Below, piece by piece: positions 1-9,608 of a stretch of 64,000 nucleotides of DNA. The position numbers and the translations under genes are program-made. The stretch lies in IMG/VR virus record IMGVR_UViG_3300044695_008744; one strand, written 5' to 3'. This stretch comes from an uncultured virus (IMG/VR IMGVR_UViG_3300044695_008744) (lineage: Duplodnaviria > Heunggongvirae > Uroviricota > Caudoviricetes). The notes beneath the pieces are model-generated. The model was not told the DNA's origin, did no database searches, and saw nothing but the letters and a program-made list of their open reading frames with translations. Every line of letters starts with the position of its first letter. The stretch's first letter is position 1.

Positions 1-108
1 GAAATTGCTTTTAGAAATAATTGGATTACACAATCTGAATTATATAAATTGATTGACTCTTATGGCAAAAGTTTGTATTCAAAACAATTGAAATTGAGTT
101 TATTGTAA
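1..108 (+). CDS. rmlA: 3' end of glucose-1-phosphate thymidylyltransferase (RmlA/RfbA-like), truncated by window start
   Basis: Frame 1 reads EIAFRNNWITQSELYKLIDSYGKSLYSKQLKLSLL*, resembling the RmlA C-terminus (EIAxxxGWI...GKSxYGxYL); only 35 aa visible. Confidence 0.6.
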   Translation, partial: EIAFRNNWITQSELYKLIDSYGKSLYSKQLKLSLL

Positions 109-381
109 GCCAAAGATTTTCTTTGCGATGGCTAATGATTTTTCAAAAGCATGTCTTTCTGATAATGCTAAGTCATAATCTTCATCATTGTATTTAATTG
201 AATCTAAATAAACTTGTATTTTTTGTATTTCTGATTCCAAAGCACTAACTAATTCTTGTGCTGAAGAGCTAATGTTATTTTCTAACTTTGGTTTTGATTG
301 TTGGGGTTTGTAATCTTCAATTCCTTGACTAACAACACTTCGAACAATTGGTGTAACAGATGCTTTTTTAAATACAGGCAT
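100..381 (-). CDS. hypothetical protein
   Basis: 93 aa ORF with typical phage composition; N-terminus MPVFKKAS. Confidence 0.6.
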   Translation of the reverse strand: MPVFKKASVTPIVRSVVSQGIEDYKPQQSKPKLENNISSSAQELVSALESEIQKIQVYLDSIKYNDEDYDLALSERHAFEKSLAIAKKIFGLQ

Positions 382-387
382 GTTTAT

Positions 388-834
388 TTATTTCTTCTCA
401 GATTGTTTTGTTTCCTGTTTCATATTTACAGTAATGCACACCACTTGATAGTAGTTTTTTTTGCCCACTTTACTTACTGTGATTACGCAATCACCAAAAA
501 CTACATGGATTTGACGCTTACCAAAAACATACTTTTCTGGTTTGCCCAACTTTTGAATAACAGTTTTGAAATCTGAAGTTAAGCTAATATCTTTGTATTT
601 GACAGACTTGTTTACGCCATAAACCTGCAATCTTAGCACTCTGCTTGCATTATCAGTGTGTGCGGTTAGCAAATATGAATCTCTAGTAAAAGTAAACGCC
701 TGAAAAGTTTTATCTTCAGACTCTTCGATAGTCATAGGATTACCAAATCTTTTTGTTAAATCCAACAGGGATGGATTTTGCCCAAATCCTAAAAATCCAG
801 GAAAAGTTGATAATGTTAATAAAGTTGCCCACAT
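388..834 (-). CDS. putative secreted/periplasmic protein
   Basis: Hydrophobic N-terminus (MWATLLTLSTFPGFLGFG); internal repeat L/VxxxF/LGxP. Confidence 0.6.
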   Translation of the reverse strand: MWATLLTLSTFPGFLGFGQNPSLLDLTKRFGNPMTIEESEDKTFQAFTFTRDSYLLTAHTDNASRVLRLQVYGVNKSVKYKDISLTSDFKTVIQKLGKPEKYVFGKRQIHVVFGDCVITVSKVGKKNYYQVVCITVNMKQETKQSEKK

Positions 835-868
835 AGGTTTTTATACGAATATTGTATAAAATAATTAC

Positions 869-1108
869 ATGCCAATAGACAGATGGACAATGGCAGCTGT
901 TGCCCAAGAGGAAGCAGCTAGAGCTTTACAACAATATAAAATTGATGACAAAATCAAATCAATCATTGAAGCTGAGCTCGAAGTGAAAATTAAACAAGAA
1001 ATAGATGTGCAATTTGCTGATATGAGAAAGGCTGTTAAAATCATGAATGAGCAAATTTTAATTTTGAAAGATGCAGTGGAAACTCTCAGTAAAAAATACA
1101 ATAGCTAA
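869..1108 (+). CDS. small coiled-coil hypothetical protein
   Basis: 79 aa helical ORF preceded by the recurrent WAGG-N22-AATA motif. Confidence 0.6.
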   Translation: MPIDRWTMAAVAQEEAARALQQYKIDDKIKSIIEAELEVKIKQEIDVQFADMRKAVKIMNEQILILKDAVETLSKKYNS

Positions 1109-1547
1109 AATACTTTTTTCAAGCCCTATAGCATTTTTTTTAGGTGTAGGTGTATTTGTTGCCACAGACATTTTACAACCAAGTTATTTCAAAAATATCC
1201 CAATTTACTTTCCATATTTTGCCGCTGCTATGTTTGTTGGATATTTAGCTGTCTTTTTAGCTTCATCATATATTTCCACAACTAAATCAAAATTTAGAGC
1301 AATTTTTTTCATGATTGTATTTATGATCATAGAAGGTTTATTTTCTTTGTTGGCAGTTTCCACTTATTATGGAAACGAAAGCATTCCAATTTTAAGGCTA
1401 ATTGCATCTTTGTGCTTGCCTCTTGTTTTTAGTTTATTTTACTTTTTGAAATTAATAGAAACAGAAAAAAATGTAAAAGAATTAATAGATGAAAGAATTC
1501 TTTTCAAAAATTTTGATGAGCTTGAGTGTAGCAAGCCTAATTTCTAG
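1071..1547 (+). CDS. membrane protein (about 4 TM helices)
   Basis: Four long hydrophobic segments; overlaps both neighbours; exact start uncertain. Confidence 0.65.
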   Translation: MQWKLSVKNTIAKILFSSPIAFFLGVGVFVATDILQPSYFKNIPIYFPYFAAAMFVGYLAVFLASSYISTTKSKFRAIFFMIVFMIIEGLFSLLAVSTYYGNESIPILRLIASLCLPLVFSLFYFLKLIETEKNVKELIDERILFKNFDELECSKPNF

Positions 1548-2025
1548 TTGCTCTAGTCCAAAGCAAAGTAAATTGATTTTAATTGATATATCTGGCTCAA
1601 ATGCTTCGAATATTTCTAAAACTCTAAACAAAGTGAATGAGATTTATTTAGAAAGTGGACCCAATGATTATTTTGATATTTATTTTTTTTCAAGTGTCAA
1701 GTATTTAGCTTACACTGGAAACAAATTTAATAAAGACCGCGATTTTCTTCCATTTCTTAGGCTGGGATATGAAAAAACCGCGCAAATTAAAGTGAAAGAA
1801 GGAACATCTTTTGAGCTATGTAAATCAATTTTTGAAAATAATAAAATTTATAATCAAGCTTTTCTTTTGACAGATGGTTTTTTTGAAGACTCAAAAATCA
1901 CCAAAATAAATAATTCATCCAATATGCAAATAAATATTGTTGGATTAAATATTCAGAATAATGAGATTGTGTTAAAAGCATTTGAAAATCCAAATCAAGT
2001 GAAAATTGACTTTCAAGGTAATTGA
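1489..2025 (+). CDS. lipoprotein with von Willebrand factor A (vWA) domain
   Basis: Signal peptide with lipobox LISS-C; MIDAS-like IDISGS, GTS and LLTDG. Confidence 0.7.
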   Translation: MKEFFSKILMSLSVASLISSCSSPKQSKLILIDISGSNASNISKTLNKVNEIYLESGPNDYFDIYFFSSVKYLAYTGNKFNKDRDFLPFLRLGYEKTAQIKVKEGTSFELCKSIFENNKIYNQAFLLTDGFFEDSKITKINNSSNMQINIVGLNIQNNEIVLKAFENPNQVKIDFQGN

Positions 2026-2049
2026 TCATTTTAAAGAGAAAATAAAGAT

Positions 2050-2586
2050 ATGTTTGATCTTTATTTGTTTGAAATAGAGTGTGCTGAAAAAATAGGAGCA
2101 TATAAAATTGCAGACAATTTGCAAGATAAATTAGTGAAGATTGCATCAAAAGATCATAAAGAAGTGATTAAAAAAATCAAAAAAAAATTTGATAAATCAT
2201 CTGGCTTTAATGATATTTCTTACATGCAACATCTCGATAAGCTAGAGATAAATGTTGATCCGTCAATTAAGAAATCTGTCAAAGATAAAATTAAAGATAT
2301 GGCAGATCCATTTAAAGTTTCTTTCAGGTATAGCAGTGCTAAAAATATTGACGAATTAATGTCTGAATCAAGCATTGATCCCATTGACAAACATATAAGC
2401 AGATTGAAAAAATTAAGAAAAGAAAATCCAAGTTTTGATATATTCAAAGAAGAGCCATCTGATGAAGAATTAAAAGAAACTAGTGAATTTCCTGATGATG
2501 AAGAATTATCTGATTCAATTATGTCACTTGATCAGTTTCTTTTTTTAATTGCATTAGAAGATATTAACAAAAAAACTGAATCTTAA
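2050..2586 (+). CDS. hypothetical protein, possible head-associated protein
   Basis: 178 aa; N-terminal segment GAYKIADNLQDKLVKIAS; acidic C-terminus. Confidence 0.6.
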   Translation: MFDLYLFEIECAEKIGAYKIADNLQDKLVKIASKDHKEVIKKIKKKFDKSSGFNDISYMQHLDKLEINVDPSIKKSVKDKIKDMADPFKVSFRYSSAKNIDELMSESSIDPIDKHISRLKKLRKENPSFDIFKEEPSDEELKETSEFPDDEELSDSIMSLDQFLFLIALEDINKKTES

Positions 2587-2861
2587 AAGTTTTTGTTGAA
2601 GAATTCTTTTTCAAAAGGAGGTTCTTCTAAATTCATTTTATTTTCAATTGTGCCTAAATTGTAAAATTTTACTTTATATGCTTGTAGCAATGGTGTAAAG
2701 GTGGCTAGATTGTGTAGAAGCTCATAATATCTTTCACAAATCATCAAAAGCATTAATTTGTATTGCTCTTCCGAAAACTCAGAAGTTTTTACTTTTTCAA
2801 TAAAATTTTCAAGCAATTCAGCTTGCCTTAAATATACTGCAGCCACTTCTTCTGGTGTCAT
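2583..2861 (-). CDS. hypothetical protein
   Basis: 92 aa ORF at the end of the minus-strand gene block. Confidence 0.6.
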   Translation of the reverse strand: MTPEEVAAVYLRQAELLENFIEKVKTSEFSEEQYKLMLLMICERYYELLHNLATFTPLLQAYKVKFYNLGTIENKMNLEEPPFEKEFFNKNF

Positions 2862-2882
2862 AATATTTCTTTCTTAATTTAT

Positions 2883-3347
2883 TTAATTCTCACTTGTTTC
2901 ATTTAAAATTTTCAAAGCAATTTGTATTTTTTCATAACTTTTCATTTCGAGGTTTGAAAACTCAGTGAGATTGTATGACAGAGTTTTATTATTGATTTGA
3001 TAAGCTAGCATCAATTCATAGGGTATTTTTGAATTTTTATTTTGAATGAAATCAAGACAAGAATTAGCAAAACTTTTTGCTTCTGTTTCTGATAAACTTA
3101 AACTACTTTTGATTGTTTTAACCACTTGATTGCAAACACTGAAATGTAAGTTTTTAAAATCATGTTTTTCAGCATCAAACACAATCTGATCATCATAAAA
3201 AATTTTTATATTCAAAATTTTAAAAAATAGTTCTATTTCAGAAAAATGATCAAATGAATTACAATCAATCTTTGAAACTTTCTCAACAGTTAGATTGTCC
3301 AACTTTACTTTAAATTGATTACCATCATACTCTACAAAAAAAATCAT
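2883..3347 (-). CDS. hypothetical protein (possible tail assembly chaperone)
   Basis: Start overlaps the stop of the upstream tube-like gene (ATGA); function from position only. Confidence 0.45.
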   Translation of the reverse strand: MIFFVEYDGNQFKVKLDNLTVEKVSKIDCNSFDHFSEIELFFKILNIKIFYDDQIVFDAEKHDFKNLHFSVCNQVVKTIKSSLSLSETEAKSFANSCLDFIQNKNSKIPYELMLAYQINNKTLSYNLTEFSNLEMKSYEKIQIALKILNETSEN

Positions 3348-4501
3348 TGTGGCTCTGTGTATATTGTGGCTTCTACGGGGGCATATAAACCAGCTCTATT
3401 TATATCGAATTCATTTTGATTATAATACTCTTTACTATCAGGATCTGAAGCCTGTAATAATGCTATGAACTCTACAACGTGTACAAAACTTGCACTTGAA
3501 GCGTCAACTTTTACATCAAATGATTGCAAAGTAACATTTGACATAGGAAAATAAAAGGGTCCCCCAAAATAAAGTATAAATTGTTTGTGATTGCCAGCTG
3601 AGAAGTAAATTGAAAGATTTTCAGATGAAATAAACTTAAAACTACCAGTTACTTTACGTTTTTTATAAGATAAAAACTTAATGCCATCTGATAAAAATTT
3701 ATTTACACCATCATTGGCTGTATAAACTTGAGTAAAAGAATTTGAAATACTCAAATTCATTGATAGAATATTTATGCCTTCTGCAACAAAATAAGATTGT
3801 AAAGATTGTGTGGAAGTGCTAATATCTGAAGAATTTTGTGCTACATTTAAGCTTAAAATACAATCATAATTTTTTGCTGTTCTGTAAGTTTGCCTATAAC
3901 TGTTTATATCATAATTTGGCAACTCACTAGGTGGTAAAATTTGACTGCCACCTTCAAAATCTATAGTCACAGAAACGTCTCCTCCTTCTGCTAAACTTAT
4001 ATCAAATTTTTCAACAAATAAAGGACCTCCTAAATTTTTTGGGTTTACATCAACATTTAAAAAGAAAGGCACAAATTGATATACTGCCAATCTCCACAAT
4101 AACTGCTGAAAATAAGAATTTTGGTCATTCTCTACATAAGGAACTAGTACATTAGTAGTTAAACTGCCAGCTGTTTTAATCTTATCACTTCTAGCAAGAG
4201 CAATAAAATCTGAATATGTAAATGTATTTACTGGTTGGAACAAATCAATTTTATTAATAGTTACACTGTTAATCATCCCCAAATAATAATTTGTGTTATC
4301 ATGTGCTGTTTGTTTTAAAGAGCCTTTTTGAGCTTGATCAAAAAAATCTAATGATGGTGTGTAAACTTTTACTAAATCTTTGTTTATCAAATTCTTGAAA
4401 ACATTCAAAAAGGGAATATAAGAAAAATTTTGAGTGTAAAAGTATGGATCTTTATGAATGGCAATTGCTACCTTTTTAAGCGATGAAGGATTAATTATCA
4501 T
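3344..4501 (-). CDS. tail tube-like structural protein
   Basis: C-terminal pattern SMNLSISNSF...KRKVTGSFKF...LYFGG resembles phage tail tube folds; apparent paralog of 4872-6164. Confidence 0.5.
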   Translation of the reverse strand: MIINPSSLKKVAIAIHKDPYFYTQNFSYIPFLNVFKNLINKDLVKVYTPSLDFFDQAQKGSLKQTAHDNTNYYLGMINSVTINKIDLFQPVNTFTYSDFIALARSDKIKTAGSLTTNVLVPYVENDQNSYFQQLLWRLAVYQFVPFFLNVDVNPKNLGGPLFVEKFDISLAEGGDVSVTIDFEGGSQILPPSELPNYDINSYRQTYRTAKNYDCILSLNVAQNSSDISTSTQSLQSYFVAEGINILSMNLSISNSFTQVYTANDGVNKFLSDGIKFLSYKKRKVTGSFKFISSENLSIYFSAGNHKQFILYFGGPFYFPMSNVTLQSFDVKVDASSASFVHVVEFIALLQASDPDSKEYYNQNEFDINRAGLYAPVEATIYTEPQ

Positions 4502-4872
4502 ATCACTGTTTTAATCCACTCCTTGCAAACAAGCTTTATTAAGTTGTAATTTAATTTATTGATATCAACTTGATTAATAATAATTGGATCCAAATTTAGT
4601 TCTTCCGAAAACTGTAAATTATTTATTGCAGAAAGAAAAATATTTCTGTAAAGAATTGAAGTTCTTACAAAAGGCTTTCCAGTAATATGATTTATGAAAG
4701 TTGCCTCCTCTAAGGCTTCACTTATAATGTCAAATCTTGGTCCTTTTGCATGAAAATGTATTTTATGTTTATTGTTTTCTTTTGGATAGTCAACAATTAA
4801 TAATCCATTATCTAGTTTCACCACACTACATTCGGTTTCAAATTCATACAAGTCATTGTTCAAAATAATCAT
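4498..4872 (-). CDS. hypothetical protein (possible tail assembly chaperone)
   Basis: Lies between the two tube-like genes with overlapping start/stop codons. Confidence 0.45.
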   Translation of the reverse strand: MIILNNDLYEFETECSVVKLDNGLLIVDYPKENNKHKIHFHAKGPRFDIISEALEEATFINHITGKPFVRTSILYRNIFLSAINNLQFSEELNLDPIIINQVDINKLNYNLIKLVCKEWIKTVI

Positions 4873-6164
4873 TAATCATATTCTCCTTCCATTTCAAAAA
4901 TTGGTTGACCATTTCTCACTCTAGTAATTGCAAACCAATCAAAATCTAATGATACAAAACTACCTTGATCATTATTTATTTTAGTTGGTTGCCATATCGT
5001 GTAAGGTATATTTAAAACTTGGTTTCCAAAATAAATTTGCAAGCTTTTGTTATTTGCACCTGTCAAGGCTGGATATTTATTAAATGTTGGCTGTGAAGAT
5101 CTTAACGCTAACACTGACATTTTTCCATTAACTTTTCTGCTTTGGGAATAATAACCCTTAACAAATCTTCGTGGCATCTTTTCATAATTATTTCCATAAA
5201 AAGGATTAAGATTATTTTGAATGTTAATTGAAATTTCTTTTATTGGCGTGGGAATGAAACTTTGAGTAAATAATCCGCTTAATTGATCCAACGTTTTTAA
5301 GTCTGTAATATTAAAATCAGATTGTACATCATTTACATAATCTGAAATTTTAATTCTTGATTTGTGTAAAGGTATAATTGGGAGAAATTCAAATTTTCTT
5401 TGAGATGAGTTAATAAAATTGAATCTTGTTGATGCATCATAATTTATTGCAACAATTTTGCAGCCTAATTTGATATAATCTTCTTGGATAGTAAAATTTA
5501 TTGAATCTACCATACAAGGATAAAAACTACCTTCCGAAGTATCCATTCTGAACATTGGCTCATTAAAGATTGGGTATGTTGGGTCTGTTGAAGAACCATA
5601 AATAAAAACTTCAAGCCAATAGCCATTGAGCCATTCTTGGTCAGTGGGAAAAGATTGTAACCCAACAACATTATAACCATTCGTCAGAAAGTACAAAAAT
5701 TTTGGCGCACTTGCTGGAGGTTCAGGATTAAACAAAGCTTGATACATCAAAGTCTCGTTCACAGGTGGACTATTTCCAGGATTGTGTGTGAATTTATATG
5801 ATGTGGATGTGCCTTGAAAAGCCCAAGCTGAAACGTTTAGTAGCAAGTCAATCGCTGGGTCTAAGCATCCAATTAGACTGTTAGCAAATAGAAAATTTAC
5901 GTCAATACTAATTTGTCTATTTTCAAAACTAAAATGTGATTGTTGGTTAAAGCCACCGAAAGATAAATTATCTTGCGACGCAACGCTGACATCAACACTA
6001 AACTTATCCACTAATGCTATTCTTGGAATAGGGGTGTTATTTCTATCTTTTTGGGCTAACCAAGGTTGAGACACGCCCACTGTAATACCATTTCCGAAAT
6101 AGTCGCATTTATAAAGCTCTACTTTACCAAAATTACTAGGATATGAGAAAAGGTTAAAAATCAT
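4872..6164 (-). CDS. tail tube-like structural protein
   Basis: CMVDSINFTI, EISINIQNNLNPFY, RKVNGKM, LQIYFG patterns typical of tail tube proteins. Confidence 0.5.
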   Translation of the reverse strand: MIFNLFSYPSNFGKVELYKCDYFGNGITVGVSQPWLAQKDRNNTPIPRIALVDKFSVDVSVASQDNLSFGGFNQQSHFSFENRQISIDVNFLFANSLIGCLDPAIDLLLNVSAWAFQGTSTSYKFTHNPGNSPPVNETLMYQALFNPEPPASAPKFLYFLTNGYNVVGLQSFPTDQEWLNGYWLEVFIYGSSTDPTYPIFNEPMFRMDTSEGSFYPCMVDSINFTIQEDYIKLGCKIVAINYDASTRFNFINSSQRKFEFLPIIPLHKSRIKISDYVNDVQSDFNITDLKTLDQLSGLFTQSFIPTPIKEISINIQNNLNPFYGNNYEKMPRRFVKGYYSQSRKVNGKMSVLALRSSQPTFNKYPALTGANNKSLQIYFGNQVLNIPYTIWQPTKINNDQGSFVSLDFDWFAITRVRNGQPIFEMEGEYD

Positions 6165-8740
6165 GGTACACTGTCTATGGTAATGGTATCATATATAGTC
6201 CAATTAATTATTGATGTATTTGCTACAAAGTTTACTCCAAGCGTTAAATCAGGCTCAATAAAAACATCTACTACTTGATCAAAAAGATCATCTACGTTAC
6301 CGAGCAAAATAGTTGCACCTCTTTCTGTGCCTTGTGGTACTGAACCAGATAAAGTGGTTTGATATCCAGTGGTTGAATTTTCAGCTAAAACATAAACTGT
6401 CATTGAATTTTGAATCGGAGAAGTAGATGAGTATGTTTGCCCTAATACTGTTAAATTATTCCCTGCATCGTTAAAATTCATACTACTTAGGTCCAAATAT
6501 GGGACAAAAATCTGAACTCTAGCTGGATAAGCTGATTTATCATTTGTAAGGTAAACCCCTCTTGATGAAGTTACGGTTCCTGTGCTACCCTGATCTAAAA
6601 ATCCAAGTTTTGCTATTTGAGATTGTGTGATAGATGTATTGAATGACGTAAAATCATTTGTTGTAGCAAAATATGTTGTAAATCCTTGGGTATCGATAAA
6701 TTTTAATTTTTGACTTGCTGAAAGGCTGTAAGGGGTGTTCATTGAAAAAACTGCCCAATAATTTGTGTTAGATTGCAATCCAACAAAATTAGTATTATCC
6801 ACTGGTAAATTCATTATGTAAGCTGAAGATATTGAGGCAATTGGCATTGATTGTAAAGGATAAATCTCTGGTTCTATTGGATTGTAATTTGTGCCACTAT
6901 AAATTCCACAACTTAACTGTGACACAATCGGAAATAACTGGGCTCCAGCACCTCCAGAGCTTGTTTGTGCATCAAATATTGTGATAGTAGGCGTCTCTGT
7001 GTATCCACTACCGAAAGATGTAACTAATGCCGAACTAATGCCACCCCCAGCTGATGTAGATAATGATATCGCGGCTCCATATCCATTTCCTGAAATAATT
7101 GCATATGGAGAAATATAATTGGATCCAGCATTAACGATTAAACAGCTTTGAATTCCTGTTAAAGCCGAATTATCTGATATAAAAGCATTAAAGGCTAAAC
7201 CACCAATTGCTCCTGAAATTGCATCTGCATCTTTAATTTTGAAAGCAAATTTAGAAGATGAAATTCCAAAAGAAGAATTAAGTGAAGGCAGAATAGTGTC
7301 ATTTAAAGTGTAACCGCTCAATTGAAATGGGTCTGTTAATCTCTGTTGCTGGAAACCATTTTGCTCTTTGATATTTTTGTAAACATGAAAGAAAATTAAA
7401 TTAGATATTGTCGGAGAAGTGTAACTTAAATAATTATTTACTTTTTTATCAAAATAAAAATTTGAAGCAGAATTAACTTTAGGTGCATACTCTCCATCTG
7501 AAGTGACCGCTGATAAACCATAAGCATGCGTACCATTATAAATTGTTGAGTTTCCTGTAAAGTCCACTAAGTTTAACACTGATGTACTTCCAGGGAACGT
7601 ACCTAAACTTTGTCCTACTAAGGCATTGCCTCCAAAAATATCTCCTCTAAAAATCGCAAATGTTCTAGTCAAATCAACATTTTTGTAATAATAATAAAAA
7701 TCTTTAAACCTAGAATCAAAATCGGTTTTTTGCAAGCCATTGAATCCTAATCCATATTGAAATAAGACAGTGGGCTTAAAAGGCTGATTTCTCCAATATT
7801 GATCAAACCCCACTGAGTTAGAAGAAATATTTGTTGTGTATGTAATAAAACTGTTTACTAGATTTGATTCGATTGTGTATTTTTGTAAAGTGTTATATAC
7901 CTTAACAGAATTATTGACAGAATTTAAGAATGCATTGTATGCTTGCTGATTAGGGAAAAAACTTGCTGGATTACTGTATTCAGGATAAGATTCATATAAA
8001 GCAATTACTCCAAGTGGGCAACTATATGTAAGAGAGGAAGTGCCAGTAATATTTACTGTGGCTGAAGCTAAAATAATTCCTGAAGATGGAACTTCTATGT
8101 CAGGTGGCGTTCCATTAGCGGCAAACGTAGTAATATACTTAATTACTGGTTGAAAAATCAAATTAGCATTGAATCCAGTGGAAGCATAAGCGCTCACGTC
8201 TTGATTCAACACAATTGTGTTTGTATTTGAATTTATTGAAGCTACACCAAAAAGATAATTATTAATATTTATTGTTTTGAAATTATTCAAATATCCTACA
8301 CTTGGAAGTTGATCTACTGTAATGATATTTGATGAAATTGCAGTGATTGTGCAAGAAAAAATTGTAGATGCTAAATTAAAATCATTATAATCTAAATAAA
8401 ATTTGAAAAGTTTAGTACCTTGATAATCCACATCATTTTTCACTGGAATAGATTGTGAAGGAACAACAATTTTATTTCTTTGATAAAAAACTATTCCTTG
8501 GCTAAACTGAAATTCAATTTGCTCAATATTATTTACAAAATCCATATTTGCAAATGAATCTGCATCTTCAAACACACCAAATACTGGTTTGCCATAAGTT
8601 AATATAGATGCAATCTGAGACACGTTAAATAAAGCTGAATTAGGACTAGTGGTACTGCCTAATACATTCTTTTTGAGATCATAAGAAATCCCAACAGATT
8701 GTGAAAGATTAACTAAAAAAGAATCGTTTATATTTGCCAC
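6161..8740 (-). CDS. virion structural protein (baseplate/fibre-like)
   Basis: 859 aa, beta-rich; two copies of the IxxxGSGYTxxPTITI-type repeat seen in large myophage virion proteins; GTG start. Confidence 0.55.
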   Translation of the reverse strand: MANINDSFLVNLSQSVGISYDLKKNVLGSTTSPNSALFNVSQIASILTYGKPVFGVFEDADSFANMDFVNNIEQIEFQFSQGIVFYQRNKIVVPSQSIPVKNDVDYQGTKLFKFYLDYNDFNLASTIFSCTITAISSNIITVDQLPSVGYLNNFKTININNYLFGVASINSNTNTIVLNQDVSAYASTGFNANLIFQPVIKYITTFAANGTPPDIEVPSSGIILASATVNITGTSSLTYSCPLGVIALYESYPEYSNPASFFPNQQAYNAFLNSVNNSVKVYNTLQKYTIESNLVNSFITYTTNISSNSVGFDQYWRNQPFKPTVLFQYGLGFNGLQKTDFDSRFKDFYYYYKNVDLTRTFAIFRGDIFGGNALVGQSLGTFPGSTSVLNLVDFTGNSTIYNGTHAYGLSAVTSDGEYAPKVNSASNFYFDKKVNNYLSYTSPTISNLIFFHVYKNIKEQNGFQQQRLTDPFQLSGYTLNDTILPSLNSSFGISSSKFAFKIKDADAISGAIGGLAFNAFISDNSALTGIQSCLIVNAGSNYISPYAIISGNGYGAAISLSTSAGGGISSALVTSFGSGYTETPTITIFDAQTSSGGAGAQLFPIVSQLSCGIYSGTNYNPIEPEIYPLQSMPIASISSAYIMNLPVDNTNFVGLQSNTNYWAVFSMNTPYSLSASQKLKFIDTQGFTTYFATTNDFTSFNTSITQSQIAKLGFLDQGSTGTVTSSRGVYLTNDKSAYPARVQIFVPYLDLSSMNFNDAGNNLTVLGQTYSSTSPIQNSMTVYVLAENSTTGYQTTLSGSVPQGTERGATILLGNVDDLFDQVVDVFIEPDLTLGVNFVANTSIINWTIYDTITIDSVP

Positions 8741-8774
8741 TTATGATATTTTTATGAATTCGTAGCGTCTATGC

Positions 8775-9608
8775 CTAGCTTACACCAAAATAGTCATTTA
8801 AAAATTCTTGAACAAAAAAAGGAACTTCTGATTTATTCAAACTATACCAACTAATAAAATTTGGATTCCAACTTAATAAGTTTGCCCAATTATAAACATT
8901 CATATAAGTGCTATTAAATAAATTGTTATAAATAGTATAATCTACTTGAGTGTTAAATTTAATAAATGCATCATTTGCGTTCAAAGAATAAAATTGACCA
9001 TATCCATTGTTATATCTGAAACTTTTTAAGCTTATTGAATACAATGAAGTGGGTAATGATTGCCAACTAGTATTAATTCCTGAAATTGTGACATCTTCCA
9101 AGCGAGTCAAAACTAAAATAGATAAATTTGGATCATTAATTAAATCAGATTCAAAATCTCTTATTATGTTGGCATCTAAATCTTCATTTGAATCATAGGG
9201 TACTCCATAAGTTTTAAAGTTAGAAGCAATACCTACGATTGAAGCCCCATTTTGCTGAATAGATATTTTCAAAGGAAGTGTTTTGTTTACATAATTAATT
9301 GTACTTAAACCAGATGCTGGTAAGTCTTGAAGAGAAATCAAATTTTGTACTTGTATAGTTGTGTCATTATTTAAGTCTGGCAAAACTTGATACACAGAAT
9401 TATATGTAAACACACCTGGTTGAATCTTAATGTTGTTTAAATCGAATGGCTGGTAAAGCTCAAATCCATAATTGAGAGAAAAAGATGTTGAAAATCCATA
9501 ATTTCGCAAAGTGTTTATATTTGCATTTTCAATTTCTAATGACTTTTTATATTTATAAAAAAGCTCACACATAGATCCTAATAAATTTGTTATAATCGAA
9601 GTTGTCAT
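8775..9608 (-). CDS. probable virion structural protein
   Basis: 277 aa, translationally coupled within the structural block. Confidence 0.5.
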   Translation of the reverse strand: MTTSIITNLLGSMCELFYKYKKSLEIENANINTLRNYGFSTSFSLNYGFELYQPFDLNNIKIQPGVFTYNSVYQVLPDLNNDTTIQVQNLISLQDLPASGLSTINYVNKTLPLKISIQQNGASIVGIASNFKTYGVPYDSNEDLDANIIRDFESDLINDPNLSILVLTRLEDVTISGINTSWQSLPTSLYSISLKSFRYNNGYGQFYSLNANDAFIKFNTQVDYTIYNNLFNSTYMNVYNWANLLSWNPNFISWYSLNKSEVPFFVQEFLNDYFGVS

